Assembly: GCA_030265395.1 (NCBI GenBank)
Contig: JARFYF010000012.1
Coordinates: forward strand, 37,383,005-37,447,004
Direction of reading: 5' to 3'
DNA length: 64,000 nt
Source: Rhina ancylostomus
Lineage: Eukaryota
Below are positions 1 through 9,989 of this stretch, one piece after another. A program made the position numbers and the translations under genes. The notes under the pieces were generated by a model. The model was not told where the DNA came from, made no database searches, and saw nothing but the letters and a program-made list of their open reading frames with translations. Numbering within the stretch: the stretch's first letter is position 1; each line of letters starts with the position of its first letter.

Positions 1-899
1 GGCTTGTCAATGTTTCAGGCCCCACCCCCACCCCAACAGATCATGCGTGACCTGCTGAGTTCCTTCAGCAGTTTTCTATTTGCTCCAGATCCAGCATCCA
101 CCAGCTCTCGTGTCTACAATACAGAAATACAATAGATGCTGTTAAAACCATTCACTGTTTTTTGGTTTATGTGGGAATCAAGATTTACACAGAACAGCAA
201 GTGCTGGAGTTGCAACCAACATGACGAGATCAGCCATGATCACATTGAATGGTGGAGTAGGCTCAAGGGGCTATGCATCCCACTCTTTTTNNNNNNNNNN
301 CTCCCCACACAGAGAAAACCAAGGTGCTGGGACTTCATTTTTCCTTTCTCAAGTGACAGCCAAGAGAACATGGCAACTAGTCGTTTGTCCCATTGATGTT
401 TGCAGGATCATCCTCTGCAGAAAATGACCATTTTCTCTTGCAATGTAAAATATACTTGCATTTCAAAGGATTCAAAGCATTTGAGACATACTGTGCAGAT
501 GTGAGGATGCTGTTATTCCTCTATATTTATAAGATGACCTGGGTTTTGAGAAGTGAAACCATACTTTGGGAGAGTATAAAGACTAGTTCATAAAACATAT
601 AAAGTTTATGCACAATATCAGCTGTTCCATCAACTACACTCAACATCATGATTGCTGGAGCATCATACCTAGAAACTAGATTTAAAGGCCTGCAATAAAG
701 ATACTCTCCAAAGGCCTTGAAGAAAACTGCCCATAAAGATCTTTGAATCTCCATGATATGAACTTTCCCTTTGCCTTTTAGTTGCTATCAGGAACCAGTT
801 CATAAGGATGTCTTATGACAGCAAGAAACCTTAGAACCAATCCCAATGAAGAACTATCGCAGATAACAAATCAGGAAGTAAAAAGCACAATTTAACTAC

Positions 900-3565
900 T
901 TTTTTTAAAAACAGCTTGGAGCACAAAATAAAGATTGGGACAACCACCTATTGACGTGTATTAAAATACTGTTACAAAAATAAAATATTCATTATTTTAA
1001 AAGCAAGTAATTTGGGAATTAGGAGAGAATTAGACTTTACTTACACAAAATCAACTTCTAGATTGATTGTCAAGCTGTAATCATGGTTTAGTTACATTAT
1101 TAAAAATTTATACAATTTAATTGTCAATCTCTTTTTTTTCCCACAGCCAGGATAGCTGACAAAGTGAAGTTTTCGTCACTTGCTTGATGTTGACAGATTA
1201 TACTGGAGAAGGTTGCAACAGGTGAATCCTGTGATGGAGCAGGGACCCACTAACAACTCTACATTTCAGCATCNNNNNNNNNNNNNNNNNNNNNNNNNNN
1301 NNNNNNNNNNNNNNNNNNNNNNNNNNNNNNNNNNNNNNNNNNNNNNNNNNNNNNNNNNNNNNNNNNNNNNNNNAACCCAGGCAAAGTCATTAGATTCCCT
1401 CTATTTTAACTGAGAGGGTTAATAGTCTTACTATTACTCATCAGAAATTCCACACCAAATTCCTTTAAAATGTAACTTTTCAACATTTGAACATTTCAGA
1501 TTCTATTGATAAAGCTTTTAAGTACAATTAACCTCCTGAATAAACGGAGATATAAAAATTGAACAAACGTTTCTAAATGGTTCTACGAACATGAAGGTAC
1601 AGTTCAGGAAATGACTGCATTGTGTTTTGCTTGGTAGATCAATTTTTTTCCTGCTTTAACCAGTCTTACACCCTACTGAATGATCAGCTCATTAGCAGCC
1701 CCTTTATTGGACAGAAGGTATTATATTGTTGGCACATAAAGATTTGTCTGCAAAAGTGATTGAGATGAAGATTAGTTGTGAAATACAAAATGTTTAATTA
1801 TTTTAATCGAAGAACCAACTAGTTTCATCTGTACAAATGACAGGATATTTTATGTAAAGTGCAAGCATATAGCTTCTGTGCTGCCTATGATCATGGACAC
1901 TAGAATACGAGACTGTGGGCTGAAAATCCAAATTTAAAATCACCAGGCAGCACACCCCCTTCTCTTATCCGGGTCATCTGGGAGATACTGGCAACAGACC
2001 ACTTTGCTGATACTCTTCCAAGCTCAATGGATTAACTGAGGAGCAAGTCACCTGTACAAATACTGAGAGCATCAACTGAGGCCACTTTGACAAGCTGACC
2101 AAAGAAATGAAGTGACACAGTTTATTCGAACTCACCAGTGTAGTAATGCTTTCTAAGAAAATGCACAGAATGTTTGTGATTTAACACAATTTATTTTTGC
2201 TTGAATAATCAATTGGATCATTCAGTGGAGTTTTGTTTTCATACATATGTTATAAGAGCTATCTTCAGTGACTGCTTAATGTTTTCATATGAATATAATC
2301 AACAAAGGAGAATAGTTCACCAAACTCAAATGTAGAATGTCCTCTTAACCACAGCAGGCCTTAACAACCTATTATTACACTGCTAAAAAAGATTACAGAT
2401 GATCGGCTTATGGAAAGACTTCTACATCTTATTGCCAATACACATGATATAGTAATAATTTTACAGCATGTTGCCAGTCTACAAGCATGTACAACCTCAT
2501 TGTTTCAACTCATTTAATACTGTGCCTGCAAGAGAATTAGTTCAACTATTGAATTGCAAGCATAAATCCCTCTAAAAGCAAGAACTTGAAACATTTCCCC
2601 TTTGCATAATGTATGGCATCTTTTAAGATCATTTAGTTATAAAAAAAAGCAAGAAAGAATAAAAGGGAAATATGTGATAAAGTGTGTTATATTTCAAGTG
2701 TCTCCGAACTTAGAAAAAAAATGTTTAATTCAAATGAGGGACACATGCATCAGAATATTGGTAGGCTGAAGAAACTTTGTTTTGAGATTATTTTTCACAG
2801 AATTACATATTTCAAAATCATTTTAAATTCTGCAGTGTAGTCTGAAAGAAAGCTATCTTAAAATGAAGCCAGTGTTTTTGCATATACAAAGATTATACCT
2901 TTTCTATTAATTGTACAAGAAATTGTGGAGTCACACTCAAAACGCTTTTAGTAGGTGGAATCAACTTCTAAAGCGTGAATCAGACACTAAAACAGTTGAA
3001 GTGTTCAGATAGCACATTTGCGTTTCTTCCAAAAACGCCACCTGATCATAATTTTTATTTTTACAGAGTTCTTTATGTACAGCAAAACCATTTATGATTT
3101 TTTTGATGTGTGTTTTTATTTTTTTTAAATAAGCAAGTAATTTTTTTTATACCCTGAAACCACGGGTTCAAGAAAATTATAAGGCTAGATGCTGTGTATA
3201 ATCAGTGATTTGTACACTCCTGCTGGAACCTCGATACATTATGATTTGCTGTCAACATCCTCGGTCACAGGAAAGTTATCAAAGGCGCTACACAAGATCT
3301 CTGCTGGATGGCACAGGAGATTGAAAAGTCATTCATACTGAAAGCGCCTGTGTCACTCAGTGCACCAAATGCACTCTCTTCAGATCAACAAATGAAAGTG
3401 ATTTCCCATGCGGTTTTAAGGTTGCTCATGCTAAATTAAAATATCCTGTTGTATCTAAACCATGCTTTAATGTGTGAAAGCAGCAGGCACACACTTCATC
3501 TGCAGTCGGCTCTTCCTCTCTTCCAGCCTTTTCCTCCTGGACACTGGCAGTAGTAAAACGTGTTC
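900..3565 (-). other. ANK3: ANK3 terminal exon / 3' UTR (distal end uncertain)
   Basis: Acceptor tcttttatag|GAACAC at 3565; repeat-poor AT-rich sequence; AATAAA on the minus strand at 3054-3059 and other positions (about 3115, 2190, 2121, 1703). Confidence 0.6.
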
Positions 3566-3574
3566 CTATAAAAG

Positions 3575-3905
3575 ACAGACAGACAGACAGACTTGTATTA
3601 ATATACTGTTTCTCACAGCTCGAAGAGCTTTAGAGCTGATTGAACTATGATCACATGAATAGGGGCAGCCAATGTACGCAGAGCAGGATCCCACAAACAG
3701 CAATGTGACAATAACCAGATCACCTCTTCTGGTAATGTTGGATGAGGAATCAGCATTGACCAGGACACCAGAAAGTAATCTTTTCCTCTTCTTGGAGCCT
3801 TTCAACTCTACCTGAAAGAGTAGGTAGGCACTTGGTTTAAAAATCTCGTTTGACAGCTGGTACCGCTGTCAGTGGACACCATCAGTACTGTAATGGGGTG
3901 CCATC
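3575..3905 (-). mobile_element. Deu-domain SINE-like relic (SacSINE1/AmnSINE1 type), sense to ANK3
   Basis: The minus strand reads ...cagtactga...ttaaaccaag...tcaggt...gatctggttattgtcacattgctgtttgtgggatcc...attggctgcc...aatacaagtct, matching the copies at 18180 and 43545 and the recalled Deu consensus. Confidence 0.7.
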
Positions 3906-4804
3906 TTTGATTACGCACTTTGCGCTAGATATAGGGGCAGGTCGACACGCAATGCGTCAGAAGCATTCAGCAAATAAAATGCAGCCTGATTGAAGCCAGA
4001 CTCTAATGATGGATCATCAGCCTTAAACATTAACTCTGCTTCTCTCACCACAGATGCTGCCTCATCAGCTGAGCATTTCCAGCATCTTCTGTTCTTATTT
4101 CAGATTTCTAGCTACTGCCATTTTTTGCCTTACAAACTGTATCACCGTGGGCTCCAAACCAATTTGCTTTAAAGGAACTACATTTTTGTTTTTAAACAAT
4201 GCCATTTTCATAGATTTCCAGCCCCTCTTATTCAACAATCATATATTAGTAGCCTTGTTGATTTAGGGAGCTGACTCCCGTGATTTGATACTGTGACTAG
4301 AGAGAATGGAGTCCATGTCTGCAGTTAGCTCTGAGATAACTGGGCTTTTTTAAACATAGTTCTGAAGTCCAAAGGAGCTGCATTTGCTCAAATACAAAGT
4401 TCAAAGCAAGCAGCCTTTCCCTTTAACAGGGCCTTGCTGACATTGTGCGGGGAGAGGCAAAATTCCACAGGACTGTTTACTTTGGTCAGGGATAATTGAG
4501 AATGTTACATCACATGACCACCTACCTGCAATTCAACCCACTCCCTCACCCACATCTGCAGGGCACTACCTTCCAATGCTAATTGGAAAGTGAGTTTACT
4601 CAAGGCATGAAAAGCAGTACAGGTGAACAAAACCACAAAATGCTAATGAAGCGCTGCTGGTTTTGCAAAGAAATAATAGTATAAAAAAAAGGTTAAGAGT
4701 GGAGTTTAACATTTACTGTAATTTCGTACACAATATGGGAAGGATATTGAGGCAGTAGAGAGGATACTGTGCACATTCAGAAGGATGTTGCCGGCTGTGA
4801 AGAA

Positions 4805-4808
<4 letters not shown>

Positions 4809-4836
<28 letters not shown>
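4809..4836 (+). repeat. (AC)14 microsatellite, read as (GT)14 on the ANK3 sense strand
   Basis: Direct read. Confidence 0.97.
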
Positions 4837-4839
<3 letters not shown>

Positions 4840-5729
4840 GTATTTGAAAAACAGTGCTATTCTTGTTAGAACAGAGTAATAAACACAGATACAATTGAGT
4901 GTGGGGGTTGGGGGCATTAACATGGGACACAACAGCATAGGCAGATATTGGCTGCTCCAAGGGATGCAAGAAACATGAATAAAAGGGAACTGATGCAAAC
5001 TTACTTGGATTGACAGTATGTTTTTGTTTATTACTGACTGAAGCAGAGACAATGTCAATATTGAACCACAGGTCATAAGGTGGTGTGCATAAATAAAAAT
5101 AAAGCATAGAAACATGGGACAAAGACTAATCAATGCTTGGAGGAGAAACACCATTATGGATTGGTTGGTCCGAATCACTTCCTTGTGTTTTAACTTCAAT
5201 ATAATTCTAAGTGACCCTGTTTCCACCTTTGGTGAGAATGAGAACTGTTTATTTACCCCCAACTTTATGACTCACTTTTTCTTCCTCCCGATGCTTTTTG
5301 ACAGATCAGAGAAATTTTAGAATGTAATTTCTTTGCTTTGGCACAGCTTTGTGGGCCGAAGGGCCTGAATTGTGCTGTAGTTTTTCTACGTTTCTAATTT
5401 ATTTGGTAGTATTTCCAATTAATGATTATAACAATAACATTCAAATCTGATTTTTTTAAAAACCCTTTGACTTACTAATTCATGTTATTTGAATTTTCAA
5501 AGTGATTAAGCATCTTGTCATCTGGGTTCATGGTCACACTCCAATAAAAAGCAAAGTGGCCCCATTTAACAATCACATCTATGCGCAATAAGCAAGGTCA
5601 TTCAGTTCCACATCAGCACTTGAAAGTAAACACTGGGATTCTTTCCCACTGTGAATTGTAAAGCAGCTTTATAAAAACTCCCCAACAGGAATACTGTACC
5701 TGTAGCTCATCCTGTCATTATATAGACTA

Positions 5730-5801
5730 TTAATGAGTCTTCTTGTCTGCCTGTCGAATCGTCTCCTTTTTCACTCTGACAACTTTATATCCTTCGACCT
5801 G
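5730..5801 (-). CDS. ANK3: ANK3 last coding segment ([Q]VEGYKVVRVKKETIRQADKKTH*); the exon spans 5700-5801 including 30 nt of UTR
   Basis: NAGNAG acceptor ccttag|cag|GTC, stop TAA at 5730-5732, donor CAG|gtacag at 5700. Resembles the mammalian ANK3 C-terminus. Confidence 0.9.
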   Translation of the reverse strand, partial: QVEGYKVVRVKKETIRQADKKTH

Positions 5802-7029
5802 CTAAGGCAAAATAAATATATCGGTTTCTTAGCCTACAACTGAATAGCCCGAAAAACAAGGATAGTTGTATTGGGCTCTCCAAAGAAATCCCTGCCTTAA
5901 AAGCATTAAATGTTAGTATGATGAGTGAGAGTGTAAACAGCATTTTTAAAAACGTTTTCTATAAACTTATACCCCACATGAACAGTTTCGGTTCATGCAA
6001 GGAGCAAGTGAAGATTCTGCAAGAAAAGTCAGACATCGACCCATCTGTTAGCAGAGCAAGGTCAATGAAAGGGAAACCAGCAAAAGCCAAAGCGTGTTAA
6101 GAGGATCACCACACAAGATAGAAATCTGAATCAAAGCATCCACAAGTCATCAGGACCAGCTTCATTCCTACAAATGTTCCATTTGGAAATTACTGCGAAT
6201 GGTGCATTTAACAAAAACAAGTGAACAGTGATATCAGCCATTGTAAATTACTTCAATTATTCATCACCCAACTCCTAAACTTTTGAAGTGTATCAACTGA
6301 TGTAAGAACATACATATTAAGATCAGGATTAGTATCAGATATATTTTTTTTGCTGGAAATCATCCGAACAGTATTTTTTAAAATATATTCACTGGCTTGT
6401 AAGAAAGGCATTAGAAGTTGGAGATTTAAGCTGAAGCCATGCACATTTTTCTGGCCTTGATGTAAGTGACAAGTACAGGTACATTGCGAGAGGGAGAGGG
6501 GGANNNNNNNNNNNNNNNNNNNNNNNNNNNNNNNNNNNNNNNNNNNNNNNNNNNNNNNNNNNNNNNNNNNNNNNNNNNNNNNNNNNNNNNNNNNNNNNNN
6601 NNNCCCCCCCCCCCCCCAGGCTGCTGTTACAGGAAGCACTTTTGGTATCAGAACATCTTAAAAGCACATTTCAAGTACTTAGCAAATAATTCCACACATA
6701 GCAGAATTAACCATTAGCTGCAAGACAAGGAGGACCAGTTTCCAAAATAATACAAAGCCTCCCCGTCCTCATCCAAAGTAGTTATTCAGGTGAATGAAAA
6801 TTCTGCAGAAACATCAGCTTGGATTTTATTTACTCTGGGCATAATCCTGTAATTCTTAACAATGCATGATTGGAATTCCTTCCACTGCAAATTTTGAACA
6901 TCAGATAAAACAAATAAATACTGATCTTTACTCAATAGCTAAAAGGCAACCAGCAGAGAAGTCTGGTTATTAACATTGGACTAAAACTACATAAAAAGAT
7001 TCAGAATCATCAGAAAGTAAGAGGTTGGA

Positions 7030-8020
7030 CAAACTAAAATAAAACTCGTGGAAGGTGTCGTGAACTGTGAGGAGGATAGTAACAGATTTCAAGGAAATAT
7101 GGGCAGGCTGGTTCAATGGGTAAATCAGGAGTGGATAAAGACTGACGTTGATAACTGCATAGTGTCACCTCATAGTAAGAATCTACAATAAGGGACTATA
7201 AAGAAAAAGTAGCAGGCCATTTGGCTCCTCTTGCCTGCTTTGGTAATCAGTAAGATCACTGCTGATCTTTTACCTCAGTGCCAGGTTCCTATACTAACCC
7301 CACATATCCAAATATTTTTTGATCACTGTCTTGAATATACTTACAACACAGCCTCTGCAGCTCTCTTGAGCAGAGAATTCCAAAGGCTACCTTCCAGGTG
7401 AAGACATTTCTTTTTATATCTGTCCTGAATGCCTGACCCTTTTTCTGAGACTGTGACCCATGGTTCTAGAAACTCCAACCAGTGACAACACCGTCCCTTC
7501 ATCTGCACTGTCAAGACACTGTAGAATTATGTATGCTTCAATGAGATTCTCTCTCATTCTAAAGTCTAGAGAGAATGGGCCCAATCTACTTAATCTATGC
7601 TTACGGGGTAATTCCTACATTCCAGGAAACTGTCTGGCAAACCTTCATTGCACTCCTTTTGCAAGTTAATCCTTCCTGAGGTAGGGAGACCAGACCTGTA
7701 CACAATGTTCCAGGTGCAAGCTCTCGAGGGCCCTATATAAATCCAGTGAGATGTTTTTACTCCTGCTCATACCCTTGAATCAGGAGACACAGAATGAAGC
7801 CAATTGGCAAAAGCAGCAAAAATCATAGGAGGTAAATATTTATTATGTAGTGTGGTTAGTGTCTGGAATGCACTTGCAAGGGTGATGATGGTGGAGGATT
7901 CATTTGTTGCATTCAAAAGCAGCTGGATAAGAGGCTGCAAGGTTAAAGGGCGAGGGTGGGGGTAGGGGACTGGATGGACTGCTCTCAGAGCCAGCACAGA
8001 CTCCACTTGTTGAATATCCA
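7030..8020. mobile_element. Cluster of degenerate CR1-like LINE fragments in both orientations
   Basis: Plus-strand RT-like piece (gtgaactgtgaggaggatagtaacagatttcaag), a minus-strand 3' end at about 7190-7745 and a plus-strand tail at about 7770-8020. Confidence 0.55.
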
Positions 8021-8728
8021 CAGTACATAGTGCAACTAATTTGTGCATCTGCAAACACTGACTGCTTAAAAAAAAGAGATCTGCCAACTAATTAAGAGTA
8101 TTTAATCAAGAAAGTCTCTGCTCTGAGAAAATAATTAGGTCCAGGTTACTATTTACATATTTCTACCCAAGACAATGGTTCTTTGTTGTGTTGTTGGCAT
8201 TTATATTCATGCTACTAATTTAGTAAAATCAAAGCTCATTTGCAACCAAGTTATGGAAAAGTTGGTGGTTTTCTTTCTTGACATTTGTTGGAGATAAAGG
8301 ATGACAAATTTGGAACAATTGCAGAGCTATGGGGAAAAGGGCCAGTGTGTGGGACATTGGAAGCTTGTTTAAAGAGCTACTGGCTTAACGGGCCATAGGG
8401 CTTCCTCTTGTGCTGCAGGATTCAGTGAAAAACTTTAAACTTGTTCACTCCGGTTGTGTACAGCAATCAGGGGATTTTAAACCAATGCCTGCTAGCAGCA
8501 TTTCCCAAAACTAGGGCAACATTACACTTTCAACTGTTGCCATGTTAAAGACACCCTGAACTTCCACTGGGACAGCTACTAATTTGGTTCGGGTAACAAT
8601 TTGGGGCTTATAATCACTTCACCTACTTGTCTTCTGGGAAGCAGATTTCTCATCCCCTATCATCACAAGCACCTAATAAATAATTCTGCTGTTAGTCTCA
8701 TTCTTTTTTCTTGAATACGGCTGCAAAC

Positions 8729-8860
8729 CTCCTCTCCCATGAAATCACTTCCAAAATACTCGGCACCCTCCTCATCGCCTTGCCCTTCCCTTTCCAGTTC
8801 ATCATCCTCATGGTCCCTGCTTGGAGACAAAACAAGTCGCTTCACCACTGTGCGGGTTAC
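8729..8860 (-). CDS. ANK3: ANK3 muscle-type alternative exon 3, probably 132 nt (VTRTVVKRLVLSPSRDHEDDELEREGQGDEEGAEYFGSDFMGEE)
   Basis: Strong acceptor cttctcttag|GTA ACC. The phase-0 donor GAG|gtttgc is less certain. Confidence 0.72.
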
Positions 8861-8986
8861 CTAAGAGAAGAGGAAGGGGATTGAAAGAAAATTCAAGAGT
8901 TTTAAAAACTGCGCGTGATGATTTCTGCCCCAGTTTATGAGTAGAACTTGAAAATATTCGTATAAAACCGGTCAGTGCAGCATTAC

Positions 8987-9176
8987 TTTTTTGGTGACAA
9001 CATTTCCATCTTCATCGACGAAATGCTCTTCTGTAACCNNNNNNNNNNNNNNNNNNNNNNNNNNNNNNNNNNNNNNNNNNNNNNNNNNNNNNNNNNNNNN
9101 NNNNNNNNNNNNNNNNNNNNNNNNNNNNNNNNNNNNNNGTAACCATCTCTCCGGGGACTCTTTTAGCGTCCTCTCC
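8987..9176 (-). CDS. ANK3: ANK3 muscle-type alternative exon 2 (GEDAKRVPGEMVTEEHFVDEDGNVVTKK); true length probably 84 nt, interrupted by a spurious 100-N gap
   Basis: Acceptor tttag|GGA, donor AAA|gtaatg. The 6-mer gtaacc is duplicated on both gap flanks, and collapsing it restores 28 codons. Confidence 0.9.
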
Positions 9177-9938
9177 CTAAAGGGTGCATTATGTGAAAAT
9201 TAAGGCATGATTTTAACAATAGGAATTCACATCCCCGTGACCACAGTCTGCTGAGTGCACAATACCATTGCCATAAACCAACACTGTGTTTTTACATGCA
9301 TCCCTTGAGAACAGCATTGCCAATCCTCCACGACTGTTCTGAATTCTTCAGGGGTCAAAAGGTTTGTCTGCATAACATTGAGACAGTCAATAATTGGAGA
9401 AAAATCGTAAGGGCTTTATATTTTTGGGAAAATGGCTGCTTGACCAAAAGCTAGAAATCATCCAAATTAAAAACAAGTAAATTCACTTTGTAATCGGCAG
9501 GGGAAGGTAGGGCTCTGTAAGTCGGGGGAAGGTTGCAGCCAAGTGGTCATGTGACACTACAACCAGGATTTTCCTGGCCTAAAGTAGGCCACCCCAGCCT
9601 TGTGGCACTTTCCCTTTCTCAAGAAGAACTTTAAAATATTCATGTAAAATATGAGTAGAACTTTAAAATATTTATAAGCACAATGGTAGCAAGGCTCTGT
9701 TAAAGGGAAAGGCTGCTTCAACTATGTATTTAGAACTTAAAGATCACTAGTACCCCTCACTATCTGGGGCAGCCTGTTTGAAAAAGAAGCTCAAGCTAGA
9801 TTATACTTACACATCTGGTAAGGGGAGACCTTGTTGGCAATGAACCTGGAAGGCTGGCTCAGTGAGATGTGAGAAGTGGTAGTGCCACTGACTATTTTGC
9901 AAATTTGACTGAAACAATTGTGCAGTATTTCAAATCTT

Positions 9939-9989
9939 TGATTTGGTCTCAAATTTTACTGACTTGGCCTCAAATTTTACTGATTTGGC
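9939..9989 (+). repeat. 21-bp tandem duplication (about 2.4 copies, tgaYttggYctcaaattttac)
   Basis: Direct read. Confidence 0.85.

Noticed and set aside
3790-3811. VELKGS resembling the ANK1 terminal exon VELRGS
   Set aside because: The sequence lies inside a Deu-SINE-like relic whose consensus already has tcag|gt at this spot, so homology to ANK1 is probably coincidental.
4777-5262. 161-aa hydrophobic minus-strand ORF suggesting a membrane-anchored tail
   Set aside because: The hydrophobicity comes from T-rich intronic composition and the (GT)14 tract. Only the short sub-segments with splice signals were kept as candidates.
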